This document shows positions 43,705 through 52,696 of a stretch of DNA of 64,000 nucleotides, piece after piece. The position numbers were made by a program, and so were the translations under genes. This DNA is from Ilumatobacteraceae bacterium (GTDB taxonomy: Bacteria > Actinomycetota > Acidimicrobiia > Acidimicrobiales > Ilumatobacteraceae): positions 320 through 64,319 of the forward strand of contig JBIKZO010000001.1 of NCBI GenBank assembly GCA_044354675.1. Reading direction: 5' to 3'. The notes under the pieces are model-generated. The model was given only the letters and a program-made list of their open reading frames with translations. It was not told the origin of the DNA and made no database searches. Position 1 is the stretch's first letter, and each line of letters opens with the position of its first letter.

Positions 43705-45156
43705 TTAGCCAAACTCACATTCTGTCTGAGGGAAACTCAACCAAATGCCCTCCTGGCCTGCAGCCGCCCACTTCGGGAAAACAGGCGGCACGGGATGATC
43801 AAGTGCTGCGCGTTTTGAAGCGAATGGAGTCAGATTGAACATGTTGATCAATGACCAATCCACCGCCGAACCCACGACTCCGTATTCGTCATAAGAAATG
43901 ACTTTACTTTGTATGTCAGCAGCGTCGGTTGTTACCAAAGCATTGATGGGCATATCTGGATTCATCTTTTTTACAACACAATTCACTGATTCCCAATCGA
44001 CTGAGTTTGGAACCGCAAAATTATCCCAAGCTCTATAACCTGAATTTACTAGTCCGCTGATCAGCAGAAATGAGAGTAAAGCAACCGGAATAACGTTCCA
44101 TCGTTTTTGACCCAGTTCAAATGAAATAAAAACGCTAAATCCGATACTTGACCACAACATGATTTGAAATGGAAACAACAGTCGATAGCTCGCCCAATTT
44201 TCGGTAGGTATCACCACAGCAGCTGCAATCAAGCATGTTGCTACACAGATCAACGAATTTACAAATAGATTCCGCCGTATCAGAATCGGTGCAATAAGCA
44301 ACAACAACGCAAGCACCAACGAGGACCTGAAGTTGTTCGTAGTAGCAGGCACTCCGAGATTGATGGCTCGCGGAATAAATGTGTCAATAAACCAGCCCAA
44401 ACTATGGCCGAACGGTTGCGAGAAGGATCTTTTTTCTGATCCTGAACCTAAAAATCTAACAAACATAAGATTTGCAAAAAGAGCTAAACCACAGAATGCA
44501 AGCACATAAAAAAACTTTCGTGCTTCGAATGTTTTCTTTGTAGCCCAACTCTGACAGGCGACAAAAATAACCGGGAGTACAGCAAGCATCACACAGTGTT
44601 GATACGTGAATGCAGAAAGCAAGATCAGTATGAAAGCAACTGACATTCTTCTTTTCCAACTTTTGTCATCCAATGACGCAATCAAATAGCCAGCAATTAA
44701 AGCGAGAGGCATAGCTATATGGAGGGTGCTCTGAACGGCCCATGTTGCCGCATTTGGTGATGCAGGAACCACAAAAACAGTAAGCCCGATGAGACAACCT
44801 GCAATCAGGCCATAATTCTTCGAATCCTTGGATATCAACTTGTAGACAATAAGTGCTAGGACGCTTGCTGTGGCTGCAAGTACAACCACGTTTACGATTC
44901 GAAGATACGTCAAGTCGCTGACGGAACGAACAGGCGAAAAAAGCAAATCACCAATCACTGCAGGAATCACGCGACCAGAATTAAAGAAGCTTTCACGAAA
45001 ATGATGGATTTTTGCAACACTTTGTACTACGAGTGTGTAATCGTCAAGACGCCCGTACTCTCCACGCACTGAACGTCCGAATACCAAGAATCCAACAAAC
45101 AGATTAAATACAAAAATCCCTACGTGAACAGGGAAAAGTTTTTTGATCAACTCCAA
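43705..45156 (-). CDS. polytopic membrane protein, GT-C-like, with C-terminal extracytoplasmic domain
   Basis: About 480 aa after removing the tRNA-derived N-terminal extension of ORF 43705-45372. There is no ATG, so candidate TTG starts are at 45156 and 45150. About 12 TM helices, with a DD pair (GRLDDYTLV) in the first loop. Confidence 0.45.
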   Translation of the reverse strand: MELIKKLFPVHVGIFVFNLFVGFLVFGRSVRGEYGRLDDYTLVVQSVAKIHHFRESFFNSGRVIPAVIGDLLFSPVRSVSDLTYLRIVNVVVLAATASVLALIVYKLISKDSKNYGLIAGCLIGLTVFVVPASPNAATWAVQSTLHIAMPLALIAGYLIASLDDKSWKRRMSVAFILILLSAFTYQHCVMLAVLPVIFVACQSWATKKTFEARKFFYVLAFCGLALFANLMFVRFLGSGSEKRSFSQPFGHSLGWFIDTFIPRAINLGVPATTNNFRSSLVLALLLLIAPILIRRNLFVNSLICVATCLIAAAVVIPTENWASYRLLFPFQIMLWSSIGFSVFISFELGQKRWNVIPVALLSFLLISGLVNSGYRAWDNFAVPNSVDWESVNCVVKKMNPDMPINALVTTDAADIQSKVISYDEYGVVGSAVDWSLINMFNLTPFASKRAALDHPVPPVFPKWAAAGQEGIWLSFPQTECEFG

Positions 45157-45158
45157 TA

Positions 45159-45245
45159 TGGCGGAACGGGAGGGATTCGAACCCCCGGGCCTTTTGAGCC
45201 GTCCGCTTTCAAGGCGGATGCGTTTGTCCACTCTGCCACCGTTCC
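45159..45245 (-). tRNA. tRNA-Ser (anticodon UGA)
   Basis: Hand-folded. Acceptor GGAACGG/CCGTTCC, anticodon stem TCCGC/GCGGA with loop CUUGAAA, long variable arm, TPsiC GGTTCGAATCC, encoded CCA. Confidence 0.9.
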
Positions 45246-45256
45246 GTCGATGAACG

Positions 45257-46195
45257 CTAGCGCGCGATCCGTGCTCTGAGTGCTGTAACCCAATCATCTG
45301 CTTCGCGCCACCGAGCATCAGCGTGCTCGCGCGCAGTATGTGCCTGTGCTCCTGCCGCAGGGTACGAACCAAGAAATTTTACAGCCCCTTGTTTGGCGTG
45401 TAGGTCACGTAACACATCTGCCACCAACTCATCAGTGACATGCCCTTCACAATAAATGATAAAGCAATAATCGCCAAGCCCACCACGCTTGGTTGGCCGT
45501 GACAACAACTGCGACAAGTTAATTCGACGTGCTGCAAATTCTTGCAAAATTGAAATCAAACTCCCTGGTTCGTCGGCACGCTGGAACACCACGAGTGCTG
45601 TGCGGTCGTGACCAGTGGCAACCGGAATTGAATCTTTGCCTACCAATACAAACCGGGTTTGGTTACCTTCATGGTCTGCAATGTTGCTTGCAATTACTTC
45701 AAGGTTGTAAATTTTAGCAGCATTGCGAGGTGCAACTGCTGCAAAACCACTCGATGGCTCTCCGCTCACCAATCGCGCAGCTTCGGCTGTCGAATTAGCC
45801 GCATGAAGTTCGGCATGCGAAAGATTGTTGCGGATGTATTCGTGGCACTGCGCTGTTGCAACGGGGATAGACAGCAGCGTCGTTACATCTTTTAGGGAAG
45901 TTCCCTTTTTAGCCAAAATACAGTGTTCAATGTCCAGCACAACTTCACGCTGAATAAGCAATTCGTGATCGAACACAAGAGCGTCTTGGGTGAAATTCAC
46001 CGTTCCCTCGATTGAGTTTTCGATTGGAACAAAGCCAAGCGACACTTCGCCACGATCGACTGCATCGAGCACATCGGGAACAGTCCGGAAAGGAACCAGC
46101 TCGCATCCAGCCAAATCAGGTTGCGTCAGCAATGCTTGCTCGGTAAAAGTTCCAGCTGGTCCAAAGTACCCAATGCGTTGTTTGGCTTTAGTCAC
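45257..46195 (-). CDS. pheA: prephenate dehydratase
   Basis: 312 aa. PDT domain (IGYFGPAGTFTEQA, TRF) plus a C-terminal ACT domain (ESRP-like LLSRPTK). Confidence 0.9.
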   Translation of the reverse strand: MTKAKQRIGYFGPAGTFTEQALLTQPDLAGCELVPFRTVPDVLDAVDRGEVSLGFVPIENSIEGTVNFTQDALVFDHELLIQREVVLDIEHCILAKKGTSLKDVTTLLSIPVATAQCHEYIRNNLSHAELHAANSTAEAARLVSGEPSSGFAAVAPRNAAKIYNLEVIASNIADHEGNQTRFVLVGKDSIPVATGHDRTALVVFQRADEPGSLISILQEFAARRINLSQLLSRPTKRGGLGDYCFIIYCEGHVTDELVADVLRDLHAKQGAVKFLGSYPAAGAQAHTAREHADARWREADDWVTALRARIAR

Positions 46196-46283
46196 AGCGT
46201 CAAGATTAGGCGCATGGAGTCCAGATCCTTGGCTGATATTTGAGCGCTGAAATTTCGATACGACTCGCCACTAGCCTAAACGT

Positions 46284-46637
46284 ATGTACGAATACGTTGC
46301 ATTCAACCCCTATAACTCAAGCCCTGAAGCACTTGCTGTCGAGTTGTCTAAGAAATCGGCAGACGGTTGGGAAGTTGTCAACATTGTTCCAACATTTGAT
46401 GGCAGATACTGCGCATTTTTGCGCCGACCAACGAATTCGGCTGTGCCAAGTTCTGACGGAGCCAGTAACCCATCAACCCCTGTTGCAAGCGCAGCAACTA
46501 CAAGTTCTGCAGCGGCTCCAGCTGCTTGGTATCCAGATCCATCCAAGCGCTTTGAGTTGCGATACTGGGACGGCGCTGAGTGGACAGAACATGTTGCTCG
46601 CGGCGGACAGCAATTTACCGATCAACCAGTGGCCTAA
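46284..46637 (+). CDS. DUF4177-like / DUF2510-like small protein
   Basis: 117 aa. N-terminal MYEY..GWEVVNIV pattern, Ser/Ala/Pro linker, and C-terminal WYPDPS..RYWDGAEWT motif (DUF2510-type). Confidence 0.55.
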   Translation: MYEYVAFNPYNSSPEALAVELSKKSADGWEVVNIVPTFDGRYCAFLRRPTNSAVPSSDGASNPSTPVASAATTSSAAAPAAWYPDPSKRFELRYWDGAEWTEHVARGGQQFTDQPVA

Positions 46638-46643
46638 AACGAC

Positions 46644-48206
46644 ATGAGGGCAACCTCCATTGGTCATGCTGGCATTTTGGTGCAAACGCGCCAAGCCACA
46701 ATTGTTTGCGATCCATGGTTTTTGCCTGCTTTTCTCGGATCGTGGTTTGTCTTTCCACGAAACGATCAGTTGTCTCCAGAGTTGATGGCAACAATCGAAT
46801 CTCCCGATTATCTCTACATCTCGCATCAGCATGCTGACCATCTAGACGAACCATGGCTAACAACCCATTTAAATAAAGCAACAAAGGTATTGCTCCCCGA
46901 CTTTGCAACCCGAGAACTCGAACGACGGCTGAGCAAATTGGGCTTCACTAATTTTGTACGCACAGAGAATGGCAAAGAGATAGGCCTTGGAGATGATTTG
47001 ACTATTGCTATCCACGTTGAGAGTGCAATTGCTGATGGCCCCGGTGGTGACTCAGCAATTGTGATCAGTGATGGCGAGTCGCGTCTCGTTAACCAAAACG
47101 ATTGTCGCACGGGAGATCTTGGCGCTCTCACTATGCACGGACCAGTTGACATGCATTGGTTGCAATACAGCGGAGCCATTTGGTACCCCATGGTCTATGA
47201 CGAACCCCGCGAATCACTGATGCAACAAGCGCGCTCCAAGGTTGAAAGCCAATTTGCGCGCTCAATGAAGTACGTATCGTTGGTGGACGCGCGGGTTGTT
47301 GTGCCATCTGCAGGACCACCATGTTTTTTGGATGAAGACTTATTTTCGTCAAACATGATTACTGGAGATGAACTTTCAATATTTCCCGACCAAACAGAGT
47401 TCATTAAGCGCTTAGAAGCCGTTGGCAACGATCGGGCTGCGCTCAACGTCCCTGGCACGACAATCGAAATTTCGCCATCATCAATTGTCGTCACACACCC
47501 AATGAGTGATGATCTCGTGAATCGTCCATTTATCAACAAGGAAGAATATTTGCGTGAGTATCAAGCCGACTGGTCTGAGTGGCTGCGTGATTACAAAGCA
47601 TCATGGCCGCAGCAGCACACAGACTTGCTGACTCAATTGCAGGATTGGTGGCAGCCATTAATGGCGATGGCTCCAACACTGCGAACCGCAATTGGTGGCG
47701 GGTGTTTACTGAAAACTGATGACACAGAGATCTACATCAACTTTGCGAGCGGGCTTGTGGAGTTATTCGCCGATCAGAAATACCGATACCGGTTTGAAAT
47801 TGAGCGTCCGTTGTTGGAAAAGACGGTTGCTGATAGGGCTGTGGATTGGTCTAATTCGCTATTTCTCTCTTGTCGATTCACGGCGTGGCGCGAAGGCGCA
47901 TACAACGAATTTCTATACAACTTTTTCAAAAGCTTGTCGGTTGAGCGAATGCGTCGTGCAGAACAAGAAGCGGTGCGCCGAACAGCGCCAGAAAGTGCGA
48001 GCACTCAACTCTCTGCCGAAATTGAAATTGATGGCTACGTGATGCAGCGGCTATGCCCGCATCGTCAAGCAGACTTGTCGGAGTTTGGGCGCATAGATAA
48101 CGGTTTTGTTGTGTGCGACCTTCACGGTTGGCGGTTCAGTGTGGAAGATGGGCACTGTTCAAATGCGGATGACCGCAAACTCAACATTCGTAAACGAACT
48201 AGCTAA
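46644..48206 (+). CDS. MBL-fold metallo-hydrolase fused to a C-terminal Rieske [2Fe-2S] domain
   Basis: 520 aa. N-terminal SHQHADHLD metallo-beta-lactamase motif. C-terminal CPHRQADL...CDLHGWRF (CxH...CxxH Rieske ligands). Confidence 0.7.
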   Translation: MRATSIGHAGILVQTRQATIVCDPWFLPAFLGSWFVFPRNDQLSPELMATIESPDYLYISHQHADHLDEPWLTTHLNKATKVLLPDFATRELERRLSKLGFTNFVRTENGKEIGLGDDLTIAIHVESAIADGPGGDSAIVISDGESRLVNQNDCRTGDLGALTMHGPVDMHWLQYSGAIWYPMVYDEPRESLMQQARSKVESQFARSMKYVSLVDARVVVPSAGPPCFLDEDLFSSNMITGDELSIFPDQTEFIKRLEAVGNDRAALNVPGTTIEISPSSIVVTHPMSDDLVNRPFINKEEYLREYQADWSEWLRDYKASWPQQHTDLLTQLQDWWQPLMAMAPTLRTAIGGGCLLKTDDTEIYINFASGLVELFADQKYRYRFEIERPLLEKTVADRAVDWSNSLFLSCRFTAWREGAYNEFLYNFFKSLSVERMRRAEQEAVRRTAPESASTQLSAEIEIDGYVMQRLCPHRQADLSEFGRIDNGFVVCDLHGWRFSVEDGHCSNADDRKLNIRKRTS

Positions 48207-48975
48207 TTTCTCCATAGACAAGCACTTGCGTGCCGCGCGGCAGAATGTCGTTGTCCCAAATGAAATCCATTGCTTTAACAGTCACTCGCACGCAGCCGTG
48301 AGATGCAGGATATGCAGGCACGCTCATTGATCCGTGTATGGCAACTCCACCGATGAAATACTTTGGGCGGTAGATCTGGCCAAGGTCACCAATCCACCAA
48401 CCGTCAGGTCGTTCCCTGTCAATTTTGAATGTTCCAACCGGTGTCACTGCTGTTCCCTTGATCATCACGCCAGGAGTATTGCCGTCAGGTTCTTCGTAGC
48501 TTCGGTCGTCACCAGTCGATGCATTCATTACATATGTCGTGATGCCATCTTCTACGAGAAACAGCAACTGTCGCGACTTGTCTACCTCGGCCAATGTGCC
48601 TTCAGTTGTCATCGCGGTCGCTGGTATCGACATTCGCTCCAAGAGGTATGCAGTTGCAGCATTAATGCTGCCCGTGGGTCGAAGTTGAAAGTACTTCTGA
48701 AACGCCATCACTGCTTGAGTGGTTGTGTCATCAAACTTGCCATTCGGATCCGCCAACCAAAAGCCAAGTTCGAGCAATTTGAGTTGTGAAGCTTGAGCAC
48801 TTGGTCCACTGCGTTGACCAGAGGAACTGATACCGGTTTCAACAATTGTTGTAGTGGTGGACGGCGCAACCGTTGTTGACGGAACGCTCTGCGCGTTAGA
48901 CCAAGTTCCGCAGGCTGTCAATGTGCCAAGAGCACCTAGTAACAACATTGCTCGAAAGATAAAACGCTTGTTCAT
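48199..48975 (-). CDS. L,D-transpeptidase lipoprotein with peptidoglycan-binding domain
   Basis: Lipobox LTACG. PG_binding_1-like segment (DDTTTQAVMAFQKYFQL). YkuD catalytic motif HGSMSVPAYPASHGCVRV. Confidence 0.8.
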   Translation of the reverse strand: MNKRFIFRAMLLLGALGTLTACGTWSNAQSVPSTTVAPSTTTTIVETGISSSGQRSGPSAQASQLKLLELGFWLADPNGKFDDTTTQAVMAFQKYFQLRPTGSINAATAYLLERMSIPATAMTTEGTLAEVDKSRQLLFLVEDGITTYVMNASTGDDRSYEEPDGNTPGVMIKGTAVTPVGTFKIDRERPDGWWIGDLGQIYRPKYFIGGVAIHGSMSVPAYPASHGCVRVTVKAMDFIWDNDILPRGTQVLVYGEIS

Positions 48976-49553
48976 GAAAGAGAAATTGGTAATTCAAACC
49001 AAATTGTCAGGCTGTACTTGATGCCGCTTGTAATTGGTGTACTGCCATGCGGATGTGTCACCAAGCTTGGCCATGCCAAAAGTGAACCAACTGGTAGTAG
49101 TGCATTTGTAAAGTTTTGGCGAGGGAACTCCAGCAACGCTCCGTCATAAGTGTCGTTGAGTTTGACGCTTGCCGATACTTGCGCGACGTCGTGATGTTGC
49201 CGCAATTCTTCCTGCCCACCCTTTTCGTATTTGATGATGAATGCATCATTGATCCCGTGATAGTCGATCAGTGGCCAATGTTGTTGTAGTTGCGGCCAGA
49301 TGCGTAAACCCATGTCATCTTGCACTGCTTCAAACAATCGTGGGCTAATTAACGCAAGAGAGATTTCGTGTCCAGGCACTGGGTCACCGGGTTGCGCAGA
49401 AAAACCCCCAGCGGCTTCAGCTGCTCGAATAAGTGCAGTACAAAATTGGGGTGTCCAACAAGACATCACAAATAATTCATCAGCAACTTTGTTTATTGGT
49501 GCACTTTCATCAACCGCATCGACATACCCAAGAATTCGCTCTAAGTCATCCAC
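48972..49553 (-). CDS. 2-oxoglutarate/Fe(II)-dependent oxygenase (prolyl-4-hydroxylase-like)
   Basis: 193 aa with GTG start. HxD (HHDVAQ) ... H (THPHGSTP) ... basic residue (GIKYSL) facial-triad pattern. ATGA overlap with the downstream L,D-transpeptidase gene. Confidence 0.6.
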   Translation of the reverse strand: MDDLERILGYVDAVDESAPINKVADELFVMSCWTPQFCTALIRAAEAAGGFSAQPGDPVPGHEISLALISPRLFEAVQDDMGLRIWPQLQQHWPLIDYHGINDAFIIKYEKGGQEELRQHHDVAQVSASVKLNDTYDGALLEFPRQNFTNALLPVGSLLAWPSLVTHPHGSTPITSGIKYSLTIWFELPISLS

Positions 49554-49649
49554 TCATCTATCGTGACACGCTCAACCCCACATAATGATGAACCTCTACA
49601 AAACCAAGGCGATACATGCCCAATACATCACTTGGTAGGCTTAAAACTC

Positions 49650-50846
49650 ATGAGCCCATTGACTAGAGAAATCCCTCAAATCGAGCTGAGATCAATCTGG
49701 GAAGTCATTCGACTGCGTTGGTGGATCGTGCCATTGTGCCTCGTCGTAAGTGCCGGACTCATGGTCGCCCAAGAAAGCGACATGCAAACGAGTCCTGTTT
49801 CGATTTTGGTCAGCAAAACATATGGTCCCCGAGACGAACTGGCCAATCTTGCTGCATTTGGCGTTGACCCCAACAGTGTTAAAGAGTTTCCAAACTTCCA
49901 AAACCAACTAGCCATTGTTCGCGAATCTGGGCCAAAGCAAGTTTTAAGCTCTCTAGGAGAGTCGGTTGATGTATCTGTAATGCGCACCGAACCACAGGTT
50001 TCGATGTTGGCGACCTCAGACGGTGACGGAAAGCAACTTTTTACGGTCGCTACCAATGGACAGGCAAATTATGTGATCAATTGCTCCGCTCCCAATGAAT
50101 CGACTTGTGACAGTGCGATAGATGTATTCGTTGGTGAAATTGAGTCGGTAAGGCGTGATGCAATGATTGACGGTCTGCGCCAACTACAAACCAGAATTGA
50201 GAGTGTGCTGGGTTCTCTGTCGTCTGCGCAACCACAACTTGAGCTTCAACGCGCATCTATCAATTCGGCAATTGATTCAATAACTGGAAAACTGCAATTC
50301 GTAGATGGAAAATCGGAGGCATCCGGTGAAACAGTATCTACTGTCAAAATTTCAACTTACATATTTGGCTTAGCAGTCGGTTTAATAATCGCACTGTTAA
50401 TTATCCTGCAGCTCACACTGACCGACGACAGAATTCGTTCTCCTAAAAAATTAAGGAACGTGCTTGAATCATCTCAGTTTCTTATCGATTTAACTGCACA
50501 TTCCGCCGCCACAGACTTGAAGTTTGTGCTTGCCGGAATTTTGCATGGCCTTGCTGAAGCAAATTCGACAGATGTTGTTTTTGTCCCAATAGATAACAAC
50601 GCAGAACTTGACAAGTTATTTGAATTAATGGCAGAAGAATCTATTCAACAAGGTCTGGCCATTCAGAAGTCTTCTGCTCTATCTGCATTATCGACTGCAG
50701 AGTTGCTAAATGTGAGCACTAAAAACATTGTTCTTGTCGTAACTAAGCATGCCTCACGATTGACCAACCTTGAGGAATCGCTTTCAAATCTGAAACAATC
50801 TGGAGCACGCGTACTTGGTCTTCTACTTGTTGATTCCCGTATCTAA
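49650..50846 (+). CDS. Wzz/PCP-like chain-length determinant with degenerate BY-kinase-like C-terminal domain
   Basis: Start ATG at 49650 preferred over GTG at 49563, which would leave only 9 nt to the divergent gene. TM1 (WWIVPLCLVVSAGLMV), a roughly 210-aa external helical region, TM2 (YIFGLAVGLIIALLIIL), then a cytoplasmic domain ending IVLVVTKHASRL...GARVLGLLLV. Confidence 0.5.
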   Translation: MSPLTREIPQIELRSIWEVIRLRWWIVPLCLVVSAGLMVAQESDMQTSPVSILVSKTYGPRDELANLAAFGVDPNSVKEFPNFQNQLAIVRESGPKQVLSSLGESVDVSVMRTEPQVSMLATSDGDGKQLFTVATNGQANYVINCSAPNESTCDSAIDVFVGEIESVRRDAMIDGLRQLQTRIESVLGSLSSAQPQLELQRASINSAIDSITGKLQFVDGKSEASGETVSTVKISTYIFGLAVGLIIALLIILQLTLTDDRIRSPKKLRNVLESSQFLIDLTAHSAATDLKFVLAGILHGLAEANSTDVVFVPIDNNAELDKLFELMAEESIQQGLAIQKSSALSALSTAELLNVSTKNIVLVVTKHASRLTNLEESLSNLKQSGARVLGLLLVDSRI

Positions 50847-50857
50847 CCCAGGAAATA

Positions 50858-52696
50858 ATGCAAAATCGCAACCCAACTCGTGAAAAATGGCTACATCGTA
50901 TTGCGCTCTCTACCTCGTTTTATCGCGTGAGTTCTCTCATCCAGTTTGCAATAGACATCGTGACGCTTGTGGTCACATCAATCATTGTTTCCTATGCACG
51001 ATTTATCTACCAGGGTCATCATGATCCGGTGGGAGCCGCTCAGGAATCGGTGCTCAGAATTATTCCAATTGTTGTATTCATCCAGGCTGTAGTTGGTTTT
51101 ATTGTTGGCCTCTATCGACGTAGATGGCGATATGGCAGTTTTGACGAAGTTGCAGGGCTCATTATCACCTCCGTAATTTCAACTTCTATTTTGATGACTG
51201 TCCGATTTTTTGATGATTCAATAAACCCATTTCCGCGAAGTGTCATCTTGGTGGGTGGTTGTGCTGGGCTCTTTTTGATTGCTGCAAATCGTTATATTTG
51301 GCGTTTAATACGAGAGCAACTCCGCCGTCCAACAGAACGAACAGCGGTCAAGATACTGGTCTACGGTGCGGGTGAAGGTGGAATTCAAATGGTGAACACA
51401 ATGCTGCGCAACCCCTCATCGGTTTATTTGCCCATTGGTTTCATTGATGACAATCCCGAAACCCACCGACTCAGCATCTCGGGCGTGCCTGTTTTGGGTG
51501 GGCGCAAAAACCTTGCTGAGGCTCAAGCCAAAACGGGAGCCAGCACACTGCTCATTGCGATTCCATCTGCCGACTCCGAATTGATCAATGCAATTAGCGC
51601 ACTGGCCCAAACACTCAACATGGATGTAAAGATTGTCCCTCCTGTTCAAAACCTCAATGAGCGACCACTTGATCCGAGCGATATCCGTGACCTCACAGAC
51701 GAGGATCTTCTCGGACGTAGAAAAATCCAGATTGATCTTCAACAAATTTCGGAATATTTAGTTAATCGACGCGTATTGGTGACGGGTGCAGGTGGCAGCA
51801 TCGGTAGCGAACTCTGTCGACAACTTGCCCGATTTAATCCTGCCGAGCTGATCATGCTTGATCGTGATGAAAGCGCATTGCATGAAGTTCAGTTGTCAAT
51901 ACACGGTCGCGCACTACTCGACACACCACAGACTGTTCTTGCAGATTTGCGGGATCAAGCAACTATTAATCACATTTTTGAGACCAGAAAGCCAGAAGTT
52001 GTATTCCACGCTGCCGCGCTGAAACATCTACCCCTGCTTGAGCGCTACCCACACGAGGCTTATCAAACGAACGTGCTTGGCACGGCCACGTTGCTAAAGG
52101 CCGCGCAAAAAACCAACGTTCAGGTTTTTATCAATATCTCGACCGACAAAGCAGCAAATCCAATTAGTGTCCTTGGTTACTCGAAACGAATAGCCGAAAG
52201 AGTTACTTCCTATTTCGGACTTCATTCCGATTCTGGCAAATACATCTCGGTTCGATTTGGAAACGTACTTGGCTCCCGAGGCAGTGTGTTGATGTCATTC
52301 AGAGACCAAATTGAAAAGGGTGGACCAGTGACAGTTACCCATCGTGGTGTAACTCGTTACTTCATGACGATTTCGGAAGCAGTTCAACTGGTTATTCAGG
52401 CAGGTGCCATTGGCAACAATGGTGAGGTACTGGTTTTGGATATGGGAAATCCTGTGAGTATTTATGACGTGGCCGCACAACTGGTGCGAAATTCTCGCAA
52501 GCAAGTTGAAATTGAAATAGTTGGTTTACGGTCTGGCGAAAAAGTACACGAGGAGCTATTCGGGGATGGTGAAGTAGATGCGCGACCAGAGCATCCACTT
52601 ATTTCTCAAGTGCCAGTAAAACCAATTGAGCTTGACCTGCTCGTTGCGTCTCCGACAGATGCAGCAGCTTTTATGATTTCGGCTTCAGACTCTTAA
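50858..52696 (+). CDS. membrane-anchored polysaccharide biosynthesis protein CapD/WbpM/PglF-type (UDP-sugar 4,6-dehydratase)
   Basis: 612 aa. Four N-terminal TM helices, a first Rossmann motif (VYGAGEGG), then an SDR domain with VTGAGGSIGSEL and STDKAANP. Confidence 0.85.
   Translation: MQNRNPTREKWLHRIALSTSFYRVSSLIQFAIDIVTLVVTSIIVSYARFIYQGHHDPVGAAQESVLRIIPIVVFIQAVVGFIVGLYRRRWRYGSFDEVAGLIITSVISTSILMTVRFFDDSINPFPRSVILVGGCAGLFLIAANRYIWRLIREQLRRPTERTAVKILVYGAGEGGIQMVNTMLRNPSSVYLPIGFIDDNPETHRLSISGVPVLGGRKNLAEAQAKTGASTLLIAIPSADSELINAISALAQTLNMDVKIVPPVQNLNERPLDPSDIRDLTDEDLLGRRKIQIDLQQISEYLVNRRVLVTGAGGSIGSELCRQLARFNPAELIMLDRDESALHEVQLSIHGRALLDTPQTVLADLRDQATINHIFETRKPEVVFHAAALKHLPLLERYPHEAYQTNVLGTATLLKAAQKTNVQVFINISTDKAANPISVLGYSKRIAERVTSYFGLHSDSGKYISVRFGNVLGSRGSVLMSFRDQIEKGGPVTVTHRGVTRYFMTISEAVQLVIQAGAIGNNGEVLVLDMGNPVSIYDVAAQLVRNSRKQVEIEIVGLRSGEKVHEELFGDGEVDARPEHPLISQVPVKPIELDLLVASPTDAAAFMISASDS

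Larger units (their letters stand above)
36839..45156. other. low-GC accessory block A (envelope glycan / wall-modifying genes punctuated by tRNA-Arg and two tRNA-Ser)
   Basis: Hand counts of sample 60-nt lines give 27% at 37801 and 35% at 38881, against 50-57% in core lines at 1201, 29701 and 34081. No integrase or att repeat was seen. Confidence 0.6.

Noticed and set aside
49563-49649. GTG start at 49563 for the Wzz-like gene
   Set aside because: It would leave only 9 nt between divergent start codons. The ATG at 49650 precedes the first TM helix at a normal distance and leaves a 96-nt divergent promoter region. The longer form is not excluded.
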